From the NCBI GenBank assembly GCA_963674735.2, contig CAXXQS010000001.1, positions 768,001-832,000 of the forward strand: a stretch of DNA of 64,000 nt. The letters are read 5' to 3'. A program made the position numbers and the translations under genes. Shown piece by piece: positions 1-9,574 of the stretch (position 1 is the stretch's first letter; each line of letters starts with the position of its first letter). The notes under the pieces were generated by a model. It ran no database searches, was not told where the DNA came from, and saw nothing but the letters and a program-made list of their open reading frames with translations. Source of the DNA: Myxococcota bacterium (GTDB lineage: Bacteria > Myxococcota_A > SURF-8).

Positions 1-1
1 T

Positions 2-355
2 TTTGGTTTCGGCTGTCTTGCGGCGATCGTTCTTTATCGGCTTTGGCGTTTTCGTCGTTTCCCGCCTTTTACTGCCCGCAAGCGCAACGAAGAAAACAGC
101 GTTTCGCCAATGCTGGGGCTGTTCGTGCAACTGAGCATCTATACGCTGTTGGATCTGGTCCAGATGTTTTACATTTTCAATGAAGAAACAGTGGCTCGCA
201 CCGGCGCGGTTTATTTCGTGCTGCAGGCGCTGCTTGCCTTCGTCTGCTTCCTTCTGAGCCTGCGATTTGTTTACGAACCCCTGCGCGTGTGGTGGATCGA
301 ACGGCGGGATCTGAAATGGGAAAGACTGGCGGCGGAGGAATCCGACGCTAGCTAG
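2..355 (+). CDS. Partial (5'-truncated) membrane protein
   Basis: Frame is open from position 2 (FGFGCLAAIVLYRLW...) into the tracked ORF 110..355; several hydrophobic segments. Confidence 0.65.
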   Translation, partial: FGFGCLAAIVLYRLWRFRRFPPFTARKRNEENSVSPMLGLFVQLSIYTLLDLVQMFYIFNEETVARTGAVYFVLQALLAFVCFLLSLRFVYEPLRVWWIERRDLKWERLAAEESDAS

Positions 356-1301
356 TCCGACTAAGCACCGCGGTTCGGGTGGATTCGAGTTCGGAAGCGG
401 GCGGCGAGCCATCGGGGTTGAGCGGACAGGTCTGGTGCCAGCGCGCATCGTCGAAAGCATAGTGGGTGTTCTCGAACGTCTCGCGCACCGCCTCGCGGTA
501 TTCGCGCCGCTTGAAATGCGCCGTCCACACCTTCGAGAGAGGCAGCACCTGTTCCTCGCGAAACCACTCAAGTTGTTCGCCCGTTCCGATATCGTGCACG
601 CAACCGCGTAAAATTCCCCAACTCGATTGCGCCAGCGTGTAAGCGGCCAGATCGCGCCGCATGGCCCGCAGACGTCCCTCGGCGGACGGGTTGAAGTAGC
701 GGAAGCGCTCGGAATACAGAACGGCCGCGTGGGGAAATTCAGGGATATTGATCAGGCCGCTCATCTTCATACGCTCGGCCAGCGCAATCAGCATCGCCAT
801 CACTTCATGGCCGACTTTCAAGCCGGGATGGGACTGCCCGGGCAGGGCGGGGCGTCCAGGATGAAAGGGGACGGTCGGGTTTTGCAGGCATAACCACTGG
901 ATGTACAGCATGAAAAAACGCTGGTCGCGCAATTCGAAGGCGAAGGGATGGGTGGGCATGAACAGTCCGTCGTGCAGGCTGATTTCGCCCAGCAAATGCT
1001 CCGTTCCGTCTCGTTCGATGTAAAGAAACACCTGCTGACGCTCGGAATCGGAGGTGTCCATGCGCACGTGTATGTTGTCGAGACCCTCCTCGCGCAGTTT
1101 GGGCGATACTCCGTAATGTTCCAGACGTTCGTGGATCATCTCCAGCGAGTAGTGTCCCAAAAGCAGCGGGCTTTTGCTGTCGCGAAACAAGCCCGAGAAG
1201 TCGTCGTCGCCGGGCAGCAAGGAAGAGCTGTCCATGAACACCCGACGAAAATGGCGAAGCGGAAATAGCTCGGGGTGGAGACGTTTGGACTGCCGCGACA
1301 T
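348..1301 (-). CDS. Conserved hypothetical protein resembling the domain fused to some bacterial histone-deacetylase-family proteins
   Basis: 317 aa ORF with RBS-like GGAG upstream; motifs WLCLQNP...RPALPGQSHPGL and PEFPHAA..Y...EGRLRA; family link recalled, not searched. Confidence 0.6.
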   Translation of the reverse strand: MSRQSKRLHPELFPLRHFRRVFMDSSSLLPGDDDFSGLFRDSKSPLLLGHYSLEMIHERLEHYGVSPKLREEGLDNIHVRMDTSDSERQQVFLYIERDGTEHLLGEISLHDGLFMPTHPFAFELRDQRFFMLYIQWLCLQNPTVPFHPGRPALPGQSHPGLKVGHEVMAMLIALAERMKMSGLINIPEFPHAAVLYSERFRYFNPSAEGRLRAMRRDLAAYTLAQSSWGILRGCVHDIGTGEQLEWFREEQVLPLSKVWTAHFKRREYREAVRETFENTHYAFDDARWHQTCPLNPDGSPPASELESTRTAVLSRTS

Positions 1302-1512
1302 CAGGACTCCGAAACTAGCTGCCGTGCTGCATCACCCCCATGGTGAGCGGCTGCGACAAGGATTGCTCTTATTGTAAGGGGGGCGTCCGTTTTGAGCAAC
1401 CCTAAAGCCGCGTGTGGGGTCGTGGCCGGAAAACGAAGGCAAGTGCCGAATTCGCTTTGGATTCGAGGGTAGGTTCTGTAACATGGAATGATATCTATTG
1501 AGAGGAGCGCTC

Positions 1513-4128
1513 ATGCGGCAGATGACGAAAGCGTGGCTGGGGATTTTTGCGATTCTGTGCGTGCTTCTAAGCGCCTGCAGCGAAACGGGTGAAAGTCCCG
1601 GCACCGGCGACGCCGATGGGCAGCCGGATGGCGATGCCGACGGCCAGGTGGATGGCGACCTCGATGAAGAAAGCCCGGATGCCGACGGCGATAGCGAAGA
1701 GGCGGACGACACCTTTTTTGAGTCGCGCTGGTGGCCGATCGACGATCCCACCGGCGTTCTCGATCTGCTCGATGACAGTCCGTTTTTTGCTGCGCGTTCC
1801 TGGCTGGTAAAGGACATGAGCGCCTGGTTCGAGAGCGGACAAGCCGACCCGCCCGGCAGCGTGCCCGACGACGCCAGCCGTTTGGGCTATTATGCCGTGG
1901 GAAACGGAGTGGCCTTTGGCTTCGTGGGCAGTTACCATCCGCGCAACACCTTGCATGAAATGATCGGTCCCGATTTCCAAAAGAGCGGTAAAGGCTTTTT
2001 CTCCGATGTCTCCGCCCTGATCGAAATCGAGGGTTCGCCGTTGGCCTGGACCAACGAATGGATCTGGCGGGTTCGGCGCACGCAAATCCCCCTGACGCGC
2101 ATGCAGGTGGAGGGGTCGTCTCTCGAACTCGATACGATTACCTTCGCGCCGCGTCGCGACAGTATGGGCGACGAGCGGCGCACCCTCGTGCAAGTCCTGA
2201 ACCTGCGCAATACCGGAAGCGACGTTATTGACGGGGCGTCGCTGCGCCTGCAAAATGCCGCGCCCGTAGAGCTTAGCGGTGAGGGGTATTGGGAACAGAT
2301 GCGCGGGACGCATCGCTGCCGTCTCGCACCGCTGGAAGAGGGCTGGAGCGTGGAAGAAGCGGAGTCGGTGGAGCCGTATCTGCGCAGTCCGGTTGTTTCG
2401 CTTGAAGCGGGTGAGGAACGGCAGTTTGTGGCCGTTTACGAGTTCGGGTATGAGGACGAAACGCTCGGGGACGGACGCAGCGCCGTTCGGGCTGCGGGCT
2501 GGGAGCAACTCCTCGACGACACCGCCGCCTGGTGGCGCGCCTGGCACGCGGCGGGCTTGCAGGTGCTGACGGAGGATACGAAGGTCAACGACCTGATCGA
2601 TGGCTTGAAGGGCGCGGTGAAGGTGCAGATGGCCGAAAACGGCGCGTTGTGTCCCATGTCGCATTACACCGGCGTCTGGATCCGCGACAGCTTCGGACCG
2701 ACGCGTATGTTTCTGAAATTCGGCTATCACGCGGATGCCTGGGCGGTCAGCGATTACTACCGTGCCGCCTCGGCCATGGCGGGCGGGATCGGGAATGCGC
2801 GGGATGCCGACATTGTTCCGGCCGATCCGTTGCCGCAGGTTGACTGGCTGGGCAATATCCCGTTTTCAGGTCGCCTGCGCGGCGAAGGTCCGAGCTACAT
2901 TCCGTTGATGCACAGCTGGCTTTGGCGCTATACGGGAATGGATGACCGGTTGACGGCGCGCTGGAGCTACCTGATGCACACGCTTAAAGGGCAGGGCATC
3001 ACCGACGACGGCTTGCTGTATTTCTCGGGGGACGAAACGTTTCGTCCGCAACTCGCCGCCAACTGGGGATACTCGGCCGAATACGCCTTCGAGGAATTGA
3101 CCTACTCGGCCAACTCGGGCTTTCTGTTCGTCGCGGCCTGTGAACAACTGGGAGCCTTTGCCGAAGCGTCGGATGCGTCCGAAGCCGATGTCCTGTGGCT
3201 GTCCGAACACGCGGCGACCGTTCGTGCCGCTACCGATCGCGCCTATTGGTTGGAGGATGACGGGCGTTACAGCCCGGTTATATACATGGAAAACGGGGCG
3301 GCCGAAACGCGTCCGGCGGAGGATGTCAACACCAAGCCGCTCTGGCTGGGCTATCTCGACCGCAGCGACCCGCAGGCGCGGGAAAATATCGAATCGGTGA
3401 TCGCCGCCATCGGACAGGATAACGGGCTTATTCAAAATCAGCTCGGCGAGGAAAGTACGTTATTGGGCTACGATATCGGCCAGGGCATCATGACGGGCAT
3501 GGGGCCCGCCTATTTCCTGTATAACGTGGCCGAATTGAATCTGGAGCAGGCCGAAACGGTCTTCGACACGGTCGGAACCTACGTGTCGCCGTCGGGCAAC
3601 TTGCCGGAGGTGGCGTTGTTTGCCGAACCGGGGCGGGCGCTTGCGCCTGTTTACGATCGGGCGGGCAGTCTGGGCGAGCTGTGGGCGCGGCACCGGCAGT
3701 GGGAAGGGGCCATCGCCGCCGAGGCGTTTGAGCACTATCTGATCGGTTATGAGGCGGATGTCGCTGCAGGCTGGCTGCGGGTCGCGCCGCGTCTGCCCCA
3801 CGGCTCGAAACGCATCGAGGCGCGCAATCTGCGTTTCGGCGAACATGGGTTGACGATGACCTATGAATGGGAATGGCCTGTCTTCGGGTTGCGTATCGAG
3901 GGGCCGGACGATCCGCAGTCCGCCGGGTTAAACGAATTGCGCGTGCGGCTTGTGCTGCCGATCCGTGATATCCTGTCCGTCGAAACCCATACGGGCGCGT
4001 TGACCGAAGACGACTACAACCTGACGGCTCTTGGCGAGGGTGGGTCGGAAATCGAGTTGGTGCTTACCCCGGCCGCTGAAATGTTTGTGGCCGTGGGCGG
4101 AGAACGATCCGATCGGGAGAGGAAGTAA
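1513..4128 (+). CDS. Lipoprotein, six-hairpin glycosidase-like (GH15-like), N-terminal DGD-repeat linker
   Basis: RBS GAGGAG at 1502-1507; lipobox LLSAC; acidic GDADGQPDGDADG linker; YTGVWIRDS and C-terminal GNLPE motifs typical of (alpha/alpha)6 glycosidases. Confidence 0.7.
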   Translation: MRQMTKAWLGIFAILCVLLSACSETGESPGTGDADGQPDGDADGQVDGDLDEESPDADGDSEEADDTFFESRWWPIDDPTGVLDLLDDSPFFAARSWLVKDMSAWFESGQADPPGSVPDDASRLGYYAVGNGVAFGFVGSYHPRNTLHEMIGPDFQKSGKGFFSDVSALIEIEGSPLAWTNEWIWRVRRTQIPLTRMQVEGSSLELDTITFAPRRDSMGDERRTLVQVLNLRNTGSDVIDGASLRLQNAAPVELSGEGYWEQMRGTHRCRLAPLEEGWSVEEAESVEPYLRSPVVSLEAGEERQFVAVYEFGYEDETLGDGRSAVRAAGWEQLLDDTAAWWRAWHAAGLQVLTEDTKVNDLIDGLKGAVKVQMAENGALCPMSHYTGVWIRDSFGPTRMFLKFGYHADAWAVSDYYRAASAMAGGIGNARDADIVPADPLPQVDWLGNIPFSGRLRGEGPSYIPLMHSWLWRYTGMDDRLTARWSYLMHTLKGQGITDDGLLYFSGDETFRPQLAANWGYSAEYAFEELTYSANSGFLFVAACEQLGAFAEASDASEADVLWLSEHAATVRAATDRAYWLEDDGRYSPVIYMENGAAETRPAEDVNTKPLWLGYLDRSDPQARENIESVIAAIGQDNGLIQNQLGEESTLLGYDIGQGIMTGMGPAYFLYNVAELNLEQAETVFDTVGTYVSPSGNLPEVALFAEPGRALAPVYDRAGSLGELWARHRQWEGAIAAEAFEHYLIGYEADVAAGWLRVAPRLPHGSKRIEARNLRFGEHGLTMTYEWEWPVFGLRIEGPDDPQSAGLNELRVRLVLPIRDILSVETHTGALTEDDYNLTALGEGGSEIELVLTPAAEMFVAVGGERSDRERK

Positions 4129-4138
4129 AGGAGCGAGT

Positions 4139-4711
4139 ATGTTGAATACGTGTTGGAAAACGTTGCTTGCCGGACTGCTCGGGGCGGCTTTGCTCGTTGC
4201 GTGCGGCGGCGATGACGGTCCGGCCGATGGGACGGGCGGTGACGTGGATCTCGATACCATGGAAGCCGAAGAGGAATTTGTCTATCCCACTGACGGCGAC
4301 GAAGACCGCGAAATCGAAGAGGAGGCCCCGCCTTCGGTGTTGGGGCATTGGTCGTTGACCGATACCAGCGCCTTTACCTGGTTTCAGAACGAGAACATCC
4401 AGACGCTGTATTGGGTGATCGACAACCTGGAATTCTTCTATTGGATGGAAACGGAAAACGGCCCGAAGTGCTGGGCGCAAAGCATGACGCGTGAGACGGC
4501 CAGCCGTTTCGTCCCCACCGACGACCCCGATTCCTGCTGGTATGAATTGACCCTCGACAATCTCGACCGCCTGACCGCCTTGTCGCGGCATCGCAACGAT
4601 ACGGCCGATGACCCGTGGACCTTCATCTTCGAGCGCATCGACGCGGTTCCCGATTTCGATGCGGAGCTGTGCATCCGGCTGAACGATTGCATCGATTACA
4701 ACGCAGAGTGA
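4139..4711 (+). CDS. Hypothetical lipoprotein
   Basis: RBS AAGGAG at the previous stop; lipobox LLVAC; acidic linker containing DGD. Confidence 0.75.
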   Translation: MLNTCWKTLLAGLLGAALLVACGGDDGPADGTGGDVDLDTMEAEEEFVYPTDGDEDREIEEEAPPSVLGHWSLTDTSAFTWFQNENIQTLYWVIDNLEFFYWMETENGPKCWAQSMTRETASRFVPTDDPDSCWYELTLDNLDRLTALSRHRNDTADDPWTFIFERIDAVPDFDAELCIRLNDCIDYNAE

Positions 4712-4757
4712 GTGCTTTAGACGAAACGGCAATGCGAAGCGTCACACTGCTTCGCGA

Positions 4758-4785
4758 TTGACAAACGCAGGAATTCGGCTACTCT
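4758..4785 (+). promoter_or_regulatory. Putative sigma70 promoter
   Basis: TTGACA-N16-TACTCT about 35 bp upstream of ATG 4820. Confidence 0.45.
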
Positions 4786-4819
4786 CGAATGATCGGCTCC
4801 AACCGTGAGGGGAAAAACC

Positions 4820-5554
4820 ATGGCGGAACGTAACCCATCCTTATTCGGCGGGCTTCTTATGCTGGCTCTGGCCATTATCGGGGCAGCTGCCATCGGGGCC
4901 TGGGCCATTCACGACGCCAAGCGCAGCGGCGACACGGTTTCGGTAACCGGTTCGGCCCGCAAGCCCATCACGGCCGATCTGGTGGTGTGGCGCGGCAACG
5001 TGTCGCGCCAGCACGACGATTTCAAGACAGCCTTCCGCGATGTCAAGTTCAACATGGATGGTGTGCTCGACTATCTCAAAAGCAAACAGGTGACGGCCGA
5101 GGAACTCACCGTCCATCCGGTCGAAAATTACCCGCTCTACGGACGCAACCTCGACGGGTCGTCGTCATCGAAAATCGTCGGCTACAACTTTTCGCAGATG
5201 TTCGAAATCCGTTCCGGTCGTATCGAAGCCATTACGGCGCTGTCGCGCGATGTGTCCGACCTGATCGAAAAAGGCATTCAGCTACAGTCGTATCGTCCCG
5301 AATACTACTACACCAAGCTCGCCGATTTGCGCGTGGAGATGATCGGCAAAGCCACCAAAGACGCCAAGCTGCGTGCGGAAATGCTGGGAGAGGCGGCCGG
5401 GTTCCGCGTCGGTCCGGTGCGTAGCGCACGAACCGGCGTTTTCCAGATCACCGCCCGCAATTCCACCGAAGTCAGCGATTACGGCGTGTACGACACCTCG
5501 ACCATCGAGAAGGATATTGCCGCCGTCGTGAAGGTGACTTTCGGCGTGGATTAG
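4820..5554 (+). CDS. SIMPL (DUF541) domain protein
   Basis: N-terminal TM; VSVTGSA..I.AD.VVW; YYYTKLADL..EMI..AT.DAK.RAE; A.TGVFQIT. Confidence 0.85.
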   Translation: MAERNPSLFGGLLMLALAIIGAAAIGAWAIHDAKRSGDTVSVTGSARKPITADLVVWRGNVSRQHDDFKTAFRDVKFNMDGVLDYLKSKQVTAEELTVHPVENYPLYGRNLDGSSSSKIVGYNFSQMFEIRSGRIEAITALSRDVSDLIEKGIQLQSYRPEYYYTKLADLRVEMIGKATKDAKLRAEMLGEAAGFRVGPVRSARTGVFQITARNSTEVSDYGVYDTSTIEKDIAAVVKVTFGVD

Positions 5555-5705
5555 CGTTTGGGCCAACGTGGCTGGCGACGGTTCGATCCGCAAACTCGAC
5601 GACCCGTGCCATTGCAGCGACGACATTCCTAAGCGGGGCAGGGTAGGACGATTTCTTACCCGACATATAATGTCTGATCTACTGGATGCGACTTACAGGG
5701 CTGAC

Positions 5706-7250
5706 ATGTTAAAGCATAAAAAACATATGGCATTGTTTCTTCTTCTGTTTCTGGCTGTCGGAGTGATCGGCTGCAACGAGTCCTCTGATGATTCAGCGGG
5801 AGATGGCGACATAATCGACGGCGATCAGGACAAAACCGACGGCGGCAGCGGGGTTTGCGAGCCGGAAGCGCTGCGCTGTCGTCCGGGCGACGACCTGGTG
5901 GTCGAAATCTGCCAATCAGATGGTTCGGGCTGGTCGGAATTTCGGCGCTGCTCCGAGGGGCAGGTGTGCTATATCAACGCCTGTAAAGCGATTGATACCG
6001 ACGGCGATAAGCCAGATGGTGACACCACCGATGGCGACACGCCCGACGGCGACATGGATATCGAATATTCAGGCCGATGCCTGCCGTTCTGCGAAAAGTA
6101 CCTGGAGTGTTACCCCGACGACTCGGGGACCCTCGGCGATTGCATGAACATGTGCCAGACTCTCAACCTCCCGAAGGAAGTAACTGACTGCGCCGAGCAC
6201 GAAGACTGCGCCAGTTATGGCCAGTGTGTGGATGCAATCCTCGACGGCGATGGACCGGATCAGGATCCCGATTCGACAGAAGCTCGTTGCGAGCGCTTCT
6301 GCCGGATGTTTGAAACCTGTGATGATGTTGTTTATAGTTTTTGTTCCAGTGATTGCCAGAATACACCACCAGCCGAAAGTTTACTTATCTGCGGCGATGA
6401 AACGGAGTGCGTAGCATTCCATCAGTGTGTCGGCATCGTGGATGGCGATCTGGATGAGGCGGAATGGCCCGAACGCGACACGGTGGATTACGACTATCAG
6501 GAGGGGGAGCCATCGATAGCCAACTGTTGGAACCACCCCGAGATGGTGCCGGTGAACGGAAGTTTCTGCATCGACCGCTACGAGGCCACCGTGCGGGCTA
6601 ATGCCGATTGCACGGGTACGATTTACGGACAAAACGAAGACGACTACCCGAGCGGTTTCGGCAATTGCGTGAGCTGCTTGGAAGATGAAATTTGTTATGA
6701 ATGGGAAAAAAACGGCAAGGCGGGAGGAGTTGCCGGTTGCGCAACCGACGATACTAGCGAATACGCCCCGCAAAGCACACCGCTTTTTGCTTGTTCCGAG
6801 GCTGGTGTGCTTCCCTCTCGGTTCATCACCTGGTATCAAGCGAACAAAGCTTGCGAGAACTCAGGAAAAAGCCTTTGTGCACGTAGTGATTGGGAAGCGG
6901 CCTGTGTGGGACCACATAATTTTGCCTTTCCATATGGAAACAACATAATACCAGGCATTTGCTACGATAAAGCTGCATATGAAATTAGTGGCGTCAACGC
7001 TCCAACACAGACAGGTGTGATGAGTGGATGTTACTCCGACTATGGAATATTCGACATGTCCGGGAATGTTATGGAATGGCTTAAAGAGTACAACCAATAT
7101 CTTACGGCATATACTGCTGGAGGCTATTGGTTTCTAAACACACAAGCATTCTTAGCATGCGTCGAATCATCAGATACGATGGGACGCGCAGCATTATCAA
7201 CAGCCATAGAACAATGCGGGTTTCGATGCTGTAAATATTCTCCTCAATAG
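5706..7250 (+). CDS. Cys-rich lipoprotein with C-terminal FGE-sulfatase (SUMF1/C-type-lectin fold) domain
   Basis: Lipobox VIGC; DGD repeats; motifs FCIDRYE, WEAAC.G, FPYG, DMSGNVMEW and terminal GFRCC. Confidence 0.85.
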   Translation: MLKHKKHMALFLLLFLAVGVIGCNESSDDSAGDGDIIDGDQDKTDGGSGVCEPEALRCRPGDDLVVEICQSDGSGWSEFRRCSEGQVCYINACKAIDTDGDKPDGDTTDGDTPDGDMDIEYSGRCLPFCEKYLECYPDDSGTLGDCMNMCQTLNLPKEVTDCAEHEDCASYGQCVDAILDGDGPDQDPDSTEARCERFCRMFETCDDVVYSFCSSDCQNTPPAESLLICGDETECVAFHQCVGIVDGDLDEAEWPERDTVDYDYQEGEPSIANCWNHPEMVPVNGSFCIDRYEATVRANADCTGTIYGQNEDDYPSGFGNCVSCLEDEICYEWEKNGKAGGVAGCATDDTSEYAPQSTPLFACSEAGVLPSRFITWYQANKACENSGKSLCARSDWEAACVGPHNFAFPYGNNIIPGICYDKAAYEISGVNAPTQTGVMSGCYSDYGIFDMSGNVMEWLKEYNQYLTAYTAGGYWFLNTQAFLACVESSDTMGRAALSTAIEQCGFRCCKYSPQ

Positions 7251-7267
7251 CACGATCAGGCGCAGCC

Positions 7268-7567
7268 GGAGTAGGATGGGCAACTTGTTGCCCATCTTCA
7301 CCTACTCCTGCTAAGCGCAGCTTGCCCATGGGAAGGCAGCAAACCCCCGCTCAGCCTGAGTAATTTCGCGAAGCGAAATGTATCGAAGGCTCCCTAGGTA
7401 CGCCGTTTGCCAAACGGCTACTCGGGATGAGCGTTGAATATTTCATTTCCCTTGTAGGCGCGCGTCTCCCGACAGGCTCCACTAGCCAGGAGCATGGCTC
7501 TGTCATGCTCCGCATGTTTGTCTTGCTCGTTTTTCTCTTTGTTGGAACGCGTCTCCCGACGGGCTCC
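7268..7567. repeat. Cluster of REP-like palindromes from several families between convergent genes
   Basis: GTAGGATGGGCAAC-TT-GTTGCCCATC hairpin; GCTAAGCGCAGCTTGCCCATG (shared with the 20.2 and 21.2 kb copies); CCTGAG..TCGAAGG type; two copies of GCGTCTCCCGAC.GGCTCC. Confidence 0.7.
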
Positions 7568-7642
7568 CGCCTTTTGGCCCTGTTAGAGAACGAACCAATT
7601 GTACGTTATACAGAGCAAAAGCAAACCAACGAGCTTGGGCCG

Positions 7643-8800
7643 TCATTCGCCTGCGAGATTTTCCACATCGGCGGGCGTGCATTCCGCCGGTGCCAGCAGC
7701 GGGTGGCAGCGACTCGGATTGCCTTCGGGGATGTCGAAGAAATAGTCGTACTCATCCGTGACGGCGGGGAAATCGGTGCTGATGAGCTGGGCGGCGCTCG
7801 CCAGCGCGGCGCTGATGCGCGTGGTATCGTTGGCGATGGCTTCGCGGCTCGACACATCGGTGCGCGTGCGGATCAGAAAGCCCGCCTCGGCGAACTGCCG
7901 GATGCGCTCGGCGTCGGCCTGCGGATCGTCGAAGTTGACGAAGGCCCCGATGGGTGAGTCGATGGTTTTATCGGAGCGCGGAAACATCACGCGCCCTTCC
8001 GCGTTGGGCCGGCCTTCCAGATACGCATTGCGGTAAACATCGGAATCGAAGTTGAAAAACACGGCCTTGTCGCGGCTTTCACCCAGCGTCGGCCAGCCGT
8101 CGGCTTCGATGGCGGCCCGCAAAGTGGCGTGGTCGCCGCGCAGGTCGTCGGGACGGATCAAACGCTCGGCGGGCCACACCGATAAAATCAAATCGTCCAG
8201 CGCGTCGAGTTGGTCGGTCATGGTGAGTGGAGTGAAATCGTCTTTGGGTTCGATGAAAATGAACAAGGCGTGATGACCCGGATGGGCGTCGGACCACGTT
8301 TTCAGAAGCGCCAGGCAGATTCCCAGCGTTTCGCAATTGCTCCCGGCGTCGCCATACGTGGTGTGATAGACCCGAAAACCGCAATCCGGGTCATAGTGAA
8401 CATCCAACTCGAACTGGCGCACGCCCTGGTCTTCGAGCTGCACGTCGAGGGGCGCGAGTGCGCCGCCGAAAACCGGGATGGGGTCGTCGTTGAAAATGTG
8501 ATAGCTGTTATGCGTGCCTTTCACCTGGATTTGATTGAGGCGCAGCGTGTCGTCCAACGGGTAGTCGGGATACGGTTTTTCGACGTCGTTTTCCATGTCG
8601 TCATCCGCATTTTCAACAGATTCGCTGTCGGCCTCCTGCGTGTCAAGCTCGCCATCACCGTCGACAGAGGCTTCGTGATCGCCGTCGAGCGGCGTGTCGG
8701 ACGATTCCCCGCAAGCGCAACAAATAAAAAGGAGAATCAGGATCGCCAATATCGGCCTGTCGCTTTTCTTGCTTTGAACCGCTGATCGTATGAAACGCAT
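7643..8800 (-). CDS. Lipoprotein, Ca-dependent phosphoinositide phospholipase C-like (PI-PLC-C1) phosphodiesterase
   Basis: Motifs LRLNQIQVKGTHNSYH, GVRQFELDVH, WSDAHPGH, GWPTL, LIRTRTD, AQLISTDF; signal ending CCAC; start moved from the tracked 9271 to ATG 8800. Confidence 0.85.
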   Translation of the reverse strand: MRFIRSAVQSKKSDRPILAILILLFICCACGESSDTPLDGDHEASVDGDGELDTQEADSESVENADDDMENDVEKPYPDYPLDDTLRLNQIQVKGTHNSYHIFNDDPIPVFGGALAPLDVQLEDQGVRQFELDVHYDPDCGFRVYHTTYGDAGSNCETLGICLALLKTWSDAHPGHHALFIFIEPKDDFTPLTMTDQLDALDDLILSVWPAERLIRPDDLRGDHATLRAAIEADGWPTLGESRDKAVFFNFDSDVYRNAYLEGRPNAEGRVMFPRSDKTIDSPIGAFVNFDDPQADAERIRQFAEAGFLIRTRTDVSSREAIANDTTRISAALASAAQLISTDFPAVTDEYDYFFDIPEGNPSRCHPLLAPAECTPADVENLAGE

Positions 8801-9574
8801 CGCTACATCCTGTCGGTTGTTGGCCGTTGCACTGTAAAAAAACATACTCAGAGGGAAAAGGCAACCGTTTCTCGGTTGGGACGTATTTCCGACGACCGCC
8901 AGGCTTTGTGTTCGTGCGATGCAGGTCGATTGGACGAGTCGGGGTTCGTTGTTTGCGGAGGGTGTACTCTGTAAATGTACGGAAATATGACTAAAATAGG
9001 CAAGTTGGAACGCGTATCCGGGGCAAGTTCGGCGGCGTTTTGGAAGAAATTGGAAATCACTTGTAATATCGGCAAGATAGACGTGCATAATAGGAATCCC
9101 TAGTAAATACATAGAATATAATATAGTCCGTATAGATATACTGAATGTATAGTATGACCCGACAAGGCGGCCGTCGGACTGAATAATTGCGAGAAAAACC
9201 CCGACTATTAACAATATATCTTGCCGAAATAACAGTGAATATCGTGTTCGACTGTGACAGCCTGAACGCAAGTCGCCAGTCCGGCGACATAATCACGACT
9301 TAAATAGAAGCCAACGGAATGTGACGTATTACGGCAATCCCGGTAATCCGATCGGAATAGCTCCCGGCAAAAAAACGATCATCGGAAAAACCCTGTGATT
9401 TCAAGGATAGACGATCGAGCGCATCGAACGCATTTCGCGCATTCGGCGCAACGAACGACCGGCAGGCCTCGACAGAACGACGTTCACGAGACATGAGTAT
9501 GGTTGTTTTTCAGAATAGGACATGAAACAATAATAAGACAAATAGGGGGCGCGGAGAGACGTGCCGGAGTCCGC

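Noticed and set aside
7000-7250. Complete diversity-generating retroelement
   Set aside because: No reverse transcriptase or template repeat seen in the window
7427-7957. 176-aa plus-strand ORF with repeated RLPTGS
   Set aside because: Translation of REP-like repeats running antisense into the phospholipase gene
8801-9271. 157-aa N-terminal extension of the phospholipase ORF
   Set aside because: The signal peptide starts at ATG 8800; the extension is AT-rich intergenic sequence
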